DNA of 64,000 bases from Parcubacteria group bacterium. Its GTDB lineage: Bacteria; Patescibacteriota; Minisyncoccia; Moranbacterales; UBA9337. Position numbers and translations under genes: made by a program. The first letter of the stretch is position 1, and every line of letters starts with the position of its first letter. The notes under the pieces were generated by a model. The model made no database searches. It was not told the DNA's origin and saw only the letters and a program-made list of their open reading frames with translations. Location of the stretch: assembly GCA_041662245.1 (NCBI GenBank), contig JBAZSW010000004.1, positions 11,454 through 75,453 on the forward strand, in the 5' to 3' direction. Below, in pieces: positions 28,590 to 39,869 of this stretch.

Positions 28590-29114
28590 TTAAAATGGAA
28601 CATCTTCAATCTTTATTTCTTCTTGTTCTTCATCTAGATTAATAGTGGGAATTTCCTCTTCCATTGCGGATACAGGAGTATTTTGAGCTGGAGCGGCAGT
28701 CGCTGGCGATACGTTACTTCTGGGTGATTGGGATTGATTCATTGGATTGCTAGCCGTTCTAGGGGCTCCATAACCACTTTGTCCTTGAGGTTTTGCACCA
28801 AATTGCATTTCGGTAGCCACTACCTCGGTTACTCTTCTCTCGACATTGTCTTTCCCTGTATAGCTTCTAGTTTGCAATCTTCCTTCAAAGAAAGCTTCTT
28901 GTCCTTTTACTAAATATTGTCCAGCAATCTCGGCTACTTTTCCGAAAAGAACAATATTATGAAATTCTGTAGTTTCTTGCTTTTGACCATTCTTATCAGT
29001 CCAATAGCTATTGGTAGCAAGACTAATGCTGGCTACGGTAGATCCCGTATTAGTAGTTCTAATTTCAGGATCACGAGTCAATCTTCCTACTAACGTCACT
29101 TTATTAATATTCAT
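28590..29114 (-). CDS. ssb: Single-stranded DNA-binding protein
   Basis: NKVTLVGRLTRDPE; EGRLQTRSY; acidic DVPF tail. Confidence 0.97.
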   Translation of the reverse strand: MNINKVTLVGRLTRDPEIRTTNTGSTVASISLATNSYWTDKNGQKQETTEFHNIVLFGKVAEIAGQYLVKGQEAFFEGRLQTRSYTGKDNVERRVTEVVATEMQFGAKPQGQSGYGAPRTASNPMNQSQSPRSNVSPATAAPAQNTPVSAMEEEIPTINLDEEQEEIKIEDVPF

Positions 29115-29173
29115 AATTTTGTTTTAAAAATAAATTGCATAATTATTTTTGCAATTTATTTTTATTTAAGAAA

Positions 29174-29815
29174 TTAGATGTTTAGAATTTCGTCTAATTT
29201 TTCATCAATATCATCTCCTAAAATTTCATCCTCTTCTTTTTTCTTAGCTTTTTTCTTTGGTTTTTCTGTTATTTCCTTTTTAGTTTCTTTAGCAACCTCC
29301 TCTTTATTTTCTTTGACTTTAACTACTTCAGTCTTTGTCTCTTCTTTCTTTTCTTCCTTGGCCTCAGTTACAACTTTTTCTACAGGAATAACTTCTTTTT
29401 TAGGAGCTTCCACCTTTTTCTCCTCTCTTCTTGTACCGGCTGTCATCGAAAACTGACCTTTGTTTTTCTCATCAGCAATTTCTAAATCTTTCAATGGTGG
29501 CAAATTATCAGTCTTAACCAACATAAATCTTAAAATATCTTGGTTGAATCTCAACTCTTTATTCATTTCTCCCATTATATCATAATCTAAAGACATTTCT
29601 TCTCTCTCATCCCTAGTGGGAACAGTAAATCTTCTAGCTACATAAGTCCCTCTGCTTTCTCCTTTGATAATATAACTCAATCTTCTTTTTCTTACAAATT
29701 CTCCTTCTGTAAAAGTTCCCTTGTGCTTTTCAATTATTTGCTCTACAATTGGTCTTATTTTATCCAAATTGGCCTCTTTAGATTCTCCAATTAGATAACA
29801 GATTTCATATTCCAT
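29174..29815 (-). CDS. rpsF: 30S ribosomal protein S6 with long charged C-terminal tail
   Basis: YEICYLI..KRRLSYII..ILRFMLV; rpsF-ssb-rpsR order. Confidence 0.9.
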   Translation of the reverse strand: MEYEICYLIGESKEANLDKIRPIVEQIIEKHKGTFTEGEFVRKRRLSYIIKGESRGTYVARRFTVPTRDEREEMSLDYDIMGEMNKELRFNQDILRFMLVKTDNLPPLKDLEIADEKNKGQFSMTAGTRREEKKVEAPKKEVIPVEKVVTEAKEEKKEETKTEVVKVKENKEEVAKETKKEITEKPKKKAKKKEEDEILGDDIDEKLDEILNI

Positions 29816-30065
29816 ATTTTTCTACTTTTATACTAAATTAAACCAATTATTCCCATTCTCACAAAAACAGGATATGCTATAAATTTAATTAATTTAGTAT
29901 TAATTATTATTTAAAAAATAAACTTACCAAAAGAAAGTCCCCTATTTGGTAAGTTTATTAAACATCTTATCCTTTTTTAAAAAAGGCGAGATATTCTTAG
30001 GACTTTCTTAAATTGTAATAGACTAACACTATCAGTTATTCCAACGCTTGTCAACAAAAAGCTCT

Positions 30066-33000
30066 CTAACTTTCTCGAAAACCACTTCCTGCAGGGATAA
30101 GTCTTCCGATGATAACATTTTCCTTAAGACCTTTGAGCGTATCTTCCTTGCTTTCAATGGAGGCGTTAATTAATACTCTGGCAGTTTCAATAAATGAAGC
30201 AGCACTCAAGAATGATTCGGTGGATAAAGCCACTTTGGTAATTCCGAGAATCACAGGACTGCCTTGTGCTTTCTTTTTACTGTTCTTTTTGGCTTTTTCG
30301 TTTACTATTTCGTATCTTTCACGACTAACCACATCTCCCACTAACAGTTCAGTTTCTCCAGAATTTTCAATCTTAATTCTACTTAACATCTGCCTGATAA
30401 TAACCTCAATATGTTTATCGTTGATTCCTTCACCCTGAGAAGCGTAAATTTCCTGAATTTCTTTAACGATATAGCGATGCACTGCTTCATAGCCCATAAC
30501 CTTATAAAGTTTTTTAAGATCAATGTGTCCCTCAGACAAAATTGTACCTTGAGCAATTAATTCACCATTGGAAACTTTAACACTAGCATTAGCAGGAATT
30601 TGATATTCTTTTACATCACTCTTATCAGAAGTGGATTCAATTTTGATAATAGTATATTTTCCTCTTGCATCAGTTTCGATACTCCTAACTTTTCCATCTA
30701 CTTCGGAAATAAGAGCTTCTCCTTTAGGAGGACGTACTTCAAAAATTTCTTCAACACGAGGAAGACCTTGAGTAATATCTGAGCCGGCAACTCCTCCAAT
30801 ATGAAAGGTACGCATAGTAAGCTGAGTTCCTGGCTCTCCAATTGCTTGAGCGGCAACAATACCTACTGCTTCTCCCTTCTTTACCAATCCACCTCTTCCC
30901 AAATCCAATCCATAACATTTCTGACAAACACCCACTCTTGTTTTACAAGCCACAATACTTCTTATTTTAATCTTAGCAATGTTAGCTTTTTCAATTTCTT
31001 TAGCTTGTTCTCTAGTGGCCAATTCTCCTTTAGAGGCTAACTTCTTTTTAGTCTTTGGATCTAAAACATCCTCCAATAGAACTCTGCCTACTACTCGATC
31101 AGCAAAACTTTGTCCAATTCTATCAGAATCCTCTTTGTATAAATAAGTTCCTTCGCTATCGCCACAATCTTCTTCTCTAACTACAATATCTTGACTAACA
31201 TCTACTAAACGACGAGTCAAATAACCAGCGGTAGCAGTCCTAAGAGCTGTATCAGCCATACCTTTCCTTGCTCCATGAGTGGACATGAAATATTCCAATA
31301 CGTTAAGGCCTTCTTTAAAAGAACTCTTAACTGGAAGTTCCATAGTTTCTCCACTAGCATCTGCCATCAAACCTTTCATACCAGTCATCTGAACTACTAC
31401 TGATTCACTACCTCTAGCCTTAGAATAAACCATTGCATAAACTGGACCTTCTTTATCTAAAGATTCTCTAACTTTATCGGTGATTTTATTTTTGGCTTCA
31501 TTCCAAATTTCAATAGATTTATTTCTTTTTTCTTCAGCAGTCAAAAGTCCATCGTTATATTGGTCTAAAACAATTCCAATCTTATCTTCTGATTCTTGCA
31601 TGATAGCTCCTTTTTCTTTTGGCACTACAAGATCATCCATTCCCCAACTAATTCCAGATTTTCCAGCTGCTTTAAATCCTAAGTTTTTTACATTATCAAC
31701 AAATTCAGCTGTTTTTTCTTGTCCAACAGCTACTATCATTTTAGAAACTATTTTTTTTAATTCAGCCTTAGTCATCTCTGCATTTACAAATCTTAATTCC
31801 TCGGGCAAAAGTTCATTGAACATAATTCTACCAATAGAAGTTTCCAGCAATTCTCCATTAAAAATAACTTTCATTCTTGAATTAACCTTGGCGTAACCTA
31901 ATTGATATGACATCAAAGCTTCTTCAGGAGAAGAAAATGATTTAATTTCTGCCTTTTTATTTTCTTTGATATGAGTTAAATAATAAATACCTAAAACAAT
32001 ATCCAAAGTCGGAATAGTTATCGGATCACCACTGGCTGGTTTAAGAAGATTTTTTGAAGAAAGCATCATATTAGCACTCTCTTCTCGAGCTTTGTCAGTA
32101 AGAGGTACATGAACCGCCATTTGGTCTCCATCAAAATCAGCATTAAAAGCACTACATACCATTGGATGAAGTTGAATTGCTTTTCCCTCGATAAGCACCG
32201 GTTGAAAAGCTTGAATGGAAAGTCGATGTAAGGTGGGGGCACGATTTAGAAGTACATAATGTTTTCGAATAATATTATCCAAAATTTCATAAGCTACTTC
32301 TGTGTCGGTATCCACCATTCGACCAGCCATTCTAACATTATGCGCATATTCTTTTTCAATTAAATCATGAATAATGAAAGGCTTAAATAACTCCAAAGCC
32401 ATTTTCTTTGGTAAACCAACTTGGTGAAGTTTAAGTTGTGGTCCTACCACGATAACACTTCGTCCTGAATAATCAACTCTTTTTCCAAGTAAATTTTGTC
32501 TAAAACGACCTTGTTTTCCTTTTAATGAATCAGCTAAAGATCGAAGAGGTCTTTTTTGTCCTGTAGAAGCCGCTACTGAAGCATGCGAACGACGCATACT
32601 ATTGTCAAACAAAGAATCTACCGCCTCTTGAAGCATTCTTTTTTCATTTCTGGTAATAACTTCTGGCGCTCCTAGACTAATCAATTTCTTAAGACGATTA
32701 TTTCTATTAATAATTCTTCGATACAAATCATTTAAATCGCTAGTGGCGTATCTTCCACCATTAAGAGCCACCATCGGACGAAGATCTGGCGGAATAACTG
32801 GAATCACTGTTGGAAACATCCAATTTAATTCAAGAGTAGATTCCTTAAAACCTTGCAATAGTTTTATTCTTCTAAGAATTTTTTGATCTGTTGCTTTTCC
32901 GGCTTGAGCCAATTCTTTTTTAAGATAAATAATTGTGCTACCAATATCTAAATTTGACAAAAGTGTTCGAATCGCCTCAGCCCCGATTCCCGCTGTAAAA

Positions 33001-33650
33001 ACTTGTCCTGCCTGAGAAGAAAGATTAAAATAATCAATTTCTGACAAAACTTGAAACAATTTAAGATTTTTTACTTCATTGACGATATAATCGCATTGCC
33101 CTTTTAAATCTTCCAATGTAGCATTTAATTCAGCGCTATCCTTTCCTTCTTGCTTAGCTTTTTTGAATTTATTTTTGTATTCTCTTTTAGCTTGCTCAAT
33201 AAATTCTCTTCTTCTTTCTTCATCAATAGAAGTAACAATGTAAGCTGAAAAATAAACTACTCTTTCTAAATTTTGATAAGATAATCCCAAAGCTAAACCA
33301 ACTCGGGAAGGAACACTTCTGAGAAACCAAATATGAGAAACCGGAACAGCTAATTTAATATGTCCCATTCGTTCTCTTCTAACGTTTGATTTAGTAACTT
33401 CCACTCCGCATTTATCACACACTATTCCTTTATATCGAATTCTCTTGTATTTTCCGCAATAACATTCCCAATCCTTAGCAGGACCAAAAATTTTCTCACA
33501 GAAAAGACCGTCTTTTTCATAACGTTGAGTTCGATAATTAATAGTTTCTGGTTTAGTTACCTCTCCCCTAGACCAACCCATTATTTTATCTGGGCTAGCA
33601 AGACTTAGGCGAACACTTTTGAAATCGCTTACACCTGTATTGTTTTCCAT
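30066..33650 (-). CDS. rpoC: RNA polymerase beta' subunit
   Basis: NADFDGD, KPETINYRT and GEPGTQLTMRTFH motifs. Confidence 0.99.
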   Translation of the reverse strand: MENNTGVSDFKSVRLSLASPDKIMGWSRGEVTKPETINYRTQRYEKDGLFCEKIFGPAKDWECYCGKYKRIRYKGIVCDKCGVEVTKSNVRRERMGHIKLAVPVSHIWFLRSVPSRVGLALGLSYQNLERVVYFSAYIVTSIDEERRREFIEQAKREYKNKFKKAKQEGKDSAELNATLEDLKGQCDYIVNEVKNLKLFQVLSEIDYFNLSSQAGQVFTAGIGAEAIRTLLSNLDIGSTIIYLKKELAQAGKATDQKILRRIKLLQGFKESTLELNWMFPTVIPVIPPDLRPMVALNGGRYATSDLNDLYRRIINRNNRLKKLISLGAPEVITRNEKRMLQEAVDSLFDNSMRRSHASVAASTGQKRPLRSLADSLKGKQGRFRQNLLGKRVDYSGRSVIVVGPQLKLHQVGLPKKMALELFKPFIIHDLIEKEYAHNVRMAGRMVDTDTEVAYEILDNIIRKHYVLLNRAPTLHRLSIQAFQPVLIEGKAIQLHPMVCSAFNADFDGDQMAVHVPLTDKAREESANMMLSSKNLLKPASGDPITIPTLDIVLGIYYLTHIKENKKAEIKSFSSPEEALMSYQLGYAKVNSRMKVIFNGELLETSIGRIMFNELLPEELRFVNAEMTKAELKKIVSKMIVAVGQEKTAEFVDNVKNLGFKAAGKSGISWGMDDLVVPKEKGAIMQESEDKIGIVLDQYNDGLLTAEEKRNKSIEIWNEAKNKITDKVRESLDKEGPVYAMVYSKARGSESVVVQMTGMKGLMADASGETMELPVKSSFKEGLNVLEYFMSTHGARKGMADTALRTATAGYLTRRLVDVSQDIVVREEDCGDSEGTYLYKEDSDRIGQSFADRVVGRVLLEDVLDPKTKKKLASKGELATREQAKEIEKANIAKIKIRSIVACKTRVGVCQKCYGLDLGRGGLVKKGEAVGIVAAQAIGEPGTQLTMRTFHIGGVAGSDITQGLPRVEEIFEVRPPKGEALISEVDGKVRSIETDARGKYTIIKIESTSDKSDVKEYQIPANASVKVSNGELIAQGTILSEGHIDLKKLYKVMGYEAVHRYIVKEIQEIYASQGEGINDKHIEVIIRQMLSRIKIENSGETELLVGDVVSRERYEIVNEKAKKNSKKKAQGSPVILGITKVALSTESFLSAASFIETARVLINASIESKEDTLKGLKENVIIGRLIPAGSGFRES

Positions 33651-33737
33651 ACTTTTTTTGGAAAAGGTTAGTCAAAACCCAAATGGGTCAATTGAGCTAA
33701 CTTAAAATATTATGAGGTTATTTAAAATAAAGTTCTA

Positions 33738-36700
33738 TTATTTTATGTATTCTTCTGTCTCATTACTTTTTTTGATTCCAGTTAATTCCACATCCATACA
33801 AAGTCCTTTTAATTCATTTACCAAAACGTGGAATGAAGCTGGGATGCTTGGACTACTAATTCTTTCTCCTTTGATGATCGATTCATAAGCACTAGAACGA
33901 CCTCGAACATCATCTGATTTTATAGTCAACATTTCTTGTAATGAATAAGCAGCTCCATAACCTTCAAGCGCCCAAACTTCCATTTCTCCAAAACGCTGTC
34001 CACCAAATTGAGCTTTTCCTCCTAACGGTTGTTGGGTAATCAATGAGTAAGGTCCAATTGATCTCATGTGCATCTTATCATCGATAAGATGGTTGAGTTT
34101 CATTATATACATCATTCCCACAGTCGATTCGTTATCAAAATATTCTCCTGATTTTCCATCAATTAATCGAACTTTTCCATTTTCAGGAAGACCCGCTTTT
34201 TTTAATTCTCCTTTAATATCATCTTCACTTACTCCGTCTAATGCAGGTGTAGCTACTTTATAGCCCAATTTAGAAGCGGCCCAACCCATATGAATTTCCA
34301 AAATCTGACCAATGTTCATACGACTAGCTACTCCCAATGGATTTAAAATAACATCCATTGGAGTTCCGTCTGGAAGGTGTGGCATATCTTCGACAGGAGC
34401 AATTCTTGAAATAACACCTTTATTTCCATGACGACCAGCTAGTTTATCTCCCACAGCTACTCTTCGTAATTGAGCTACTGAAATTTGAATTTTCTTAATT
34501 ACTCCCGTAGATAATTTATCCCCTTGTTCACGAGAAAATATTCTTACATCCACAACTTTTCCATGTTTACCATGGGAAAGATATAAAGATGAGTCTTTTA
34601 CGTCTCGAGATTTTTCTCCGAAGATAGCACGTAACAACCTTTCTTCCGCAGTTAAATCTCCCTCTCCTTTGGGTGTAATTTTTCCCACAAGAATATCTCC
34701 CGAAACTACTTCTGCACCTACTCTAATAATTCCTTCTTGATCCAAATTTTTTAATCTATCTTCTCCGATATTTGGAATATCCCTAGTTACTACCTCTGGT
34801 CCTAACTTTGTGTCTCGCACATCAATTGCAAAATCTTCTATATGAATAGAGCTGTATCTATCATCATGCAATAATCTTTCTGAAAGAATAATTGCATCTT
34901 CAAAGTTGTAACCTTCCCAAGGAATAAAAGCAGTTAATACATTTTGACCCAAAGCAATTTCTCCATTATCAGTAGAAGCTCCATCAGCTAATAATTGACC
35001 TTTCTCTACTACGTCTCCCACAGTCACTCGAGGGATTTGATTCATACTGGTAAAAGCGTTGGATTTAGCAAAACTTTGCAAAACATATTCTCTTTTGTAA
35101 TATTTATTTTTTGCGCCAGCTGGATTTTCTTCTTTTACAATCACTCTACTTGCATCAGCTACAATAACTTCTCCATCACGAATCGCCAAAACAACTTGTC
35201 CACTATCAGCAGCAGCCTTATCTTCGATTCCTGTTCCTACGATTGGAGCTTCCGGTTTAACACAAGACACCGCTTGACGTTGCATATTTGATCCCATCAA
35301 TGCACGGTTGGCATCATCATGCTCCAAAAAAGGAATCATGGAAGTAGCCACAGAAATACATTGTTTAGCAGACACATCTACAAAATCTAAATTTTCGGCG
35401 TCAATCATTGAAGGATGTCCTTTAACACGAGCTTCAACATTTTTGGTCAAAATGTTTCCATGATCATCAGTCTTAATTCCGGCATGAGCAATACTTTTTC
35501 TGTCTTCTACTGTTGCATCAATAAATTCAATTTTTTCTGTAATAAAAGGAACAACCTTAATAGATTCTTTTTTAGTTTTAACGATTTCCTTGGCAAGTTT
35601 AGTATCAATTTTATCACCCTTTTTTCCTACGCCGGAAATATTTTCATCTAAAATTCTATTTTCAAGTAATTCAATTTCATTTTTTGAATATTTTTCCACT
35701 TTTAGATAAGGGGTTTCTAAAAATCCGTATTTATTTATTCTAGCATAAGTCGCCATTTGCCCCACCAAACCAATATTTGGACCTTCTGGAGTTTGCACAG
35801 GGCAAATTCTTCCATAATGAGAATGATGCACATCTCGCACTTCAAACCCAGCTCTTTCTCGAGTTAAACCCCCAGGACCCATGGCACTTAATCTTCTTTT
35901 GTGCTCCAGCTCTGCAAGTGGATTAACCTGATCCATAAATTGAGACAACTGTGAACTAGAAAAAAATTCCTTAATTGCAGCTGCTACGGGTCGAGAATTT
36001 ACAATTTGTCCTGGGACAACTGTTTCGATATCACAAGTACTCATTCTATCTTTAGCATTCCTCGCCATTCTCGCCATTCCTACTCTTAATTTGTTTTGAA
36101 TTAGTTCTCCTACTCCTCTTACTCTTCTATTTCCTAAATGATCAATATCATCAGCTTGAGCTAGAGGGTCATTATTAAGTCTAATAATTTCCTTAATTAT
36201 TAAAATCAAATCTTCCACCATCAAAACCCTATTCTCTTTTTCATCAGAAAGACTAACTTCCAAACGTTGATTAAGTCGATATCTTCCCACGCTACCAAAA
36301 TCATATTTATCAAAATCAAAAAACATCGAATCAATCATCTGCTTCGCATTTTCCTCTGTAGCAAAATCTCCTGGTCGCACTCTTTTATAAATTTCTTTAT
36401 AACTCTCCCCTGCAGTTTTGGAGATATCTTTTCTTAAAGTTGTTTCAATATAATCAATATCACCTTTGTTAATATCAGCAAAAACTTTTCTCATTACACT
36501 ATCACTTTGTCCGAAAGCGCGTAAAAGAGAAGTTATTGGCAATTTCCTTTTTCTGTCTATTTTAACAGAGATTACCCCATCATAATCTGTATCGATTTCC
36601 AACCATGCTCCCCTATTGGGGATAATTTTCGCTCCAAAAGTTTTCTTTCCCTTTTGATAATCCATTGTAAAAAACACACCGGGGCTTCGAATAAGTTGGT

Positions 36701-37130
36701 GAACTACTACTCTTTCAACACCATTGATTATAAAAGTTCCTCTGTCAGTCATGATTGGGAAGTCTCCCAAATAAATTTCTTGATCTCTAATTTCTCCTGT
36801 CTTTTTTATAAGTAGCGATGCTCTTGCCTTTAGCGGAGCTTCAAAAGAAATATTCTTTTCTTTTGAAACTGATTCCACATATTTCGGTTCGTCTAAATAA
36901 AAACCTGAAATGTTAACCTCCAAATTTCCAGAATTATCTTTGACTGGATTAATTTCGTCTATTAGGTCTTGAAAACCTTTCTCCAAAAACCAATCATAAG
37001 AATCTGTTTGAGATTCAATTAGGTTCGGAAGAGAAACCATAAAATTCTTTTTAAAGAATTTTCTCTTGGATAGAGATGATGATGAACCTATCCTTTTTTT
37101 CACCTTTAGTTCCTTCTTACTTTTAGACAT
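33738..37130 (-). CDS. rpoB: RNA polymerase beta subunit
   Basis: GDKLAGRHGNKG, GGQRFGEME and TPEGPNIG motifs; start chosen at MSKSKK. Confidence 0.98.
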   Translation of the reverse strand: MSKSKKELKVKKRIGSSSSLSKRKFFKKNFMVSLPNLIESQTDSYDWFLEKGFQDLIDEINPVKDNSGNLEVNISGFYLDEPKYVESVSKEKNISFEAPLKARASLLIKKTGEIRDQEIYLGDFPIMTDRGTFIINGVERVVVHQLIRSPGVFFTMDYQKGKKTFGAKIIPNRGAWLEIDTDYDGVISVKIDRKRKLPITSLLRAFGQSDSVMRKVFADINKGDIDYIETTLRKDISKTAGESYKEIYKRVRPGDFATEENAKQMIDSMFFDFDKYDFGSVGRYRLNQRLEVSLSDEKENRVLMVEDLILIIKEIIRLNNDPLAQADDIDHLGNRRVRGVGELIQNKLRVGMARMARNAKDRMSTCDIETVVPGQIVNSRPVAAAIKEFFSSSQLSQFMDQVNPLAELEHKRRLSAMGPGGLTRERAGFEVRDVHHSHYGRICPVQTPEGPNIGLVGQMATYARINKYGFLETPYLKVEKYSKNEIELLENRILDENISGVGKKGDKIDTKLAKEIVKTKKESIKVVPFITEKIEFIDATVEDRKSIAHAGIKTDDHGNILTKNVEARVKGHPSMIDAENLDFVDVSAKQCISVATSMIPFLEHDDANRALMGSNMQRQAVSCVKPEAPIVGTGIEDKAAADSGQVVLAIRDGEVIVADASRVIVKEENPAGAKNKYYKREYVLQSFAKSNAFTSMNQIPRVTVGDVVEKGQLLADGASTDNGEIALGQNVLTAFIPWEGYNFEDAIILSERLLHDDRYSSIHIEDFAIDVRDTKLGPEVVTRDIPNIGEDRLKNLDQEGIIRVGAEVVSGDILVGKITPKGEGDLTAEERLLRAIFGEKSRDVKDSSLYLSHGKHGKVVDVRIFSREQGDKLSTGVIKKIQISVAQLRRVAVGDKLAGRHGNKGVISRIAPVEDMPHLPDGTPMDVILNPLGVASRMNIGQILEIHMGWAASKLGYKVATPALDGVSEDDIKGELKKAGLPENGKVRLIDGKSGEYFDNESTVGMMYIMKLNHLIDDKMHMRSIGPYSLITQQPLGGKAQFGGQRFGEMEVWALEGYGAAYSLQEMLTIKSDDVRGRSSAYESIIKGERISSPSIPASFHVLVNELKGLCMDVELTGIKKSNETEEYIK

Positions 37131-37408
37131 AAAAACAATTCCCATAACAACTCTTTGCGCATTAACAAAAAGAGTCATCTAATGAGTTTTAAAATAAGTT
37201 ATTTAATTGTCTTTTCGATATATATAATTCATTGGATATCTACAGAGTTAAGTATACATTATTTATATATGGTGTCAACTCTAAATATCTTTACAAAATA
37301 ATAATCATAATAAATTATAAATAGAACAACCTCGAAGATCACAAAAAATAGTTTTTATTCACTTAATTCGATGTTTAGCAAGAATGAGCCCTTAATTTTA
37401 AATTAGTC

Positions 37409-38482
37409 CTATTTTTCAACAAGAACTTCCACCCCTGGCATTGGTTCACCACTTAAAAATTCCAGCATCGCACCACCTCCAGTAGAAACAAAAGAAAGCT
37501 CATGTTCCAATCCGCTTTCATTAACTGCCTGCACAGACTCTCCTCCTCCGATTACTGAAAAAGCGCCACTAGCAGAAATAGCTTCGAGAATTTTTCGCGT
37601 GCCATTGTCATAAGGCTTTTTTTCAAACAGCCCCATTGGTCCATTCCAAACAATAGTTTCAGCATGAGAAATAATTTCGCAAAATTTTTCAATAGTTTTT
37701 TCTCCAATATCTAATCTTCCCTCATTGGCAAAATCAAAAGGTAAAACAACTTTAGAATCAAATTGCATACCCCCATCAATCGCTTCATTAGCAATTTTTC
37801 CTCCCACCAGAATAAAATCATAATTTTTGACAAATGAACTTATCAGGGGAAGTTTGGTTTCAATTTTTGCTCCTCCAATAATAGCTACCGCAGGATGTTC
37901 GGGATGATCTTTTACTTTAGATAAATTTTCTACTTCTTTTTGGAATTGAAATCCTGCGTAAGAAGGCAACTTTTGGGCCACCCCCACAGTTGAAACATAA
38001 CCTCGATGTGAATCGCTAAAAGATTCATTGACAAAAATATCAAAATTTTCTGCTAATCTAGTAGAAAAATTTTCATCATTTTCACTTTCTTCTTTATAAA
38101 ATTTTATATTTTCCAACAAAAAAACATCATATTCACCAGCAAATTGCATTCGGTGCTTTTTAATCACATTAGAATCACAACTAGGAATCAGCTTTATTTT
38201 TAGACTCAATATTTTTCCAATTTCTTTAATTATATTGTTAAAAGAAAACATTGTCATCCATTCTAATCCGTGATGCTCTTTTTGATATTCTTCTGGGCGA
38301 CCAAGATTTGACATCATGGTTACCTTTCCTCCCTGAGCAATAATATAATTTATAGTTTCTTTAACTGTTTCAATTTTATATGGCTCCTTAATAACATTTC
38401 CTTCGTAAGGAACATTAAAACTCACTCGCACTAAAACTTCCTTTCCTTTTAAATTAGCATCTTGTATTTTTCTAATTTTCAT
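37409..38482 (-). CDS. pgk: Phosphoglycerate kinase (short form)
   Basis: LLENIKF, IIGGAK, WNGPMGLFE and STGGGAMLEFL motifs. Confidence 0.9.
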   Translation of the reverse strand: MKIRKIQDANLKGKEVLVRVSFNVPYEGNVIKEPYKIETVKETINYIIAQGGKVTMMSNLGRPEEYQKEHHGLEWMTMFSFNNIIKEIGKILSLKIKLIPSCDSNVIKKHRMQFAGEYDVFLLENIKFYKEESENDENFSTRLAENFDIFVNESFSDSHRGYVSTVGVAQKLPSYAGFQFQKEVENLSKVKDHPEHPAVAIIGGAKIETKLPLISSFVKNYDFILVGGKIANEAIDGGMQFDSKVVLPFDFANEGRLDIGEKTIEKFCEIISHAETIVWNGPMGLFEKKPYDNGTRKILEAISASGAFSVIGGGESVQAVNESGLEHELSFVSTGGGAMLEFLSGEPMPGVEVLVEK

Positions 38483-38678
38483 GGTGTTGTTTTTATTTTT
38501 TATTATTCAGTTAACGAGTTAACGGATTAACGAGTTATTTTGTAATTTTTTTATTAGTTAATTTTATATAAAACTTTTTAATATTTAGCACTTAGCAATA
38601 AAATTGTATATTAATTTTTGGATTTTCATAATTCGTTAACTCGTTAATGCGTTAACTCCATAATCATAAATTTAAATA

Positions 38679-39776
38679 TTAATCCATCCCCAATATCCCC
38701 ACAATCACCCCAATTACTGCACAAACAATAGCAAAAATCCACGCTCGCATCACTACCTTTGGTTCAGGCCAACCTTTAGCTTCAAAATGATGATGAATAG
38801 GCGCTGCTAAAAAAACTTTCCGACCAAAAAACTTCTTGCTTGTTAGTTGAATCACGACGCTACCACTTTCCAAAACATAAATAAAAACAATAATCAAAAG
38901 GGGAATGATTGAATTATTAAGCATCGCCACTACTCCCAATGTCGTTCCCAGTGCCATCGCCCCCGTGTCCCCCATAAAAAAACGAGCAGGATAAATATTA
39001 AACCAAAGAAAAGCCAAAAGCGCTCCTGAAATCGCCGCACAAAAAGCTGCCAAATCAATTTTATTTTGAGCAAAAGAAATAATAGCAAAAGATGAGAAAG
39101 CCATAAAAAGCACTCCTCCATTTAGTCCATCTAACCCATCTGTTTCATTAGAAGAAATAGCGGTAAATAAAATTATAAAAATAAAAACCAAAATATACCA
39201 CCATCCAATATGAAAATCTCCAATAGCACTTAAATGTATCTTACTCATATTAAGTTTGTAAAAAAACCACCACGCTCCTAAAAAAGCAATTGATAAAAGC
39301 CACCAAAATCTCATCGCAAATCTCATTCCTCCACCCTTATTTGAGCCGATACCCTTAACACTCATAAAATCATCAAATAATCCCAATATGCCAGCAGTCA
39401 CCAAAACAAAAAGAGGAACCCAAGTTTGAGCACGACTCAAAAAATCAAGTCGAGCAACAAAATTGATATTTGTCCATTTGGCGAGAGTTGGAAAAAAATA
39501 TTCAGAAATAATTATTAAAATAAAAACTGTCACCCATACTATTAACCCTCCCATCGTAGGGGTCCCAGACTTACAAGCATGCATTTTATTGACAAAAGTT
39601 AGTTTTTTTCCATCAACAGAATTTTCTTTAATCTTTATTCCTATTTTATATTTGTATAAAATATTGGTCCAAATCGGAGTAATTAAAAAAGCCAGCACGA
39701 AAGCCAGCATCCCTGTGAAAAGAATTTTTATTACGTTAACCACTTCTGGAATAGTTTGAATTTGAGCGATAACCAT
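38679..39776 (-). CDS. mraY: Phospho-N-acetylmuramoyl-pentapeptide transferase
   Basis: GTPTMGG, NETDGLDGL, FMGDTG and APIHHHFE motifs. Confidence 0.95.
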   Translation of the reverse strand: MVIAQIQTIPEVVNVIKILFTGMLAFVLAFLITPIWTNILYKYKIGIKIKENSVDGKKLTFVNKMHACKSGTPTMGGLIVWVTVFILIIISEYFFPTLAKWTNINFVARLDFLSRAQTWVPLFVLVTAGILGLFDDFMSVKGIGSNKGGGMRFAMRFWWLLSIAFLGAWWFFYKLNMSKIHLSAIGDFHIGWWYILVFIFIILFTAISSNETDGLDGLNGGVLFMAFSSFAIISFAQNKIDLAAFCAAISGALLAFLWFNIYPARFFMGDTGAMALGTTLGVVAMLNNSIIPLLIIVFIYVLESGSVVIQLTSKKFFGRKVFLAAPIHHHFEAKGWPEPKVVMRAWIFAIVCAVIGVIVGILGMD

Positions 39777-39869
39777 AATTTAGGTGTTAGCTTTTTAGTT
39801 TTTAGCTTCTTAGGTAATTAAAATTATTCGAAAAACTACTAACTACTTTCCTAATAAGCTAATAGCTGT

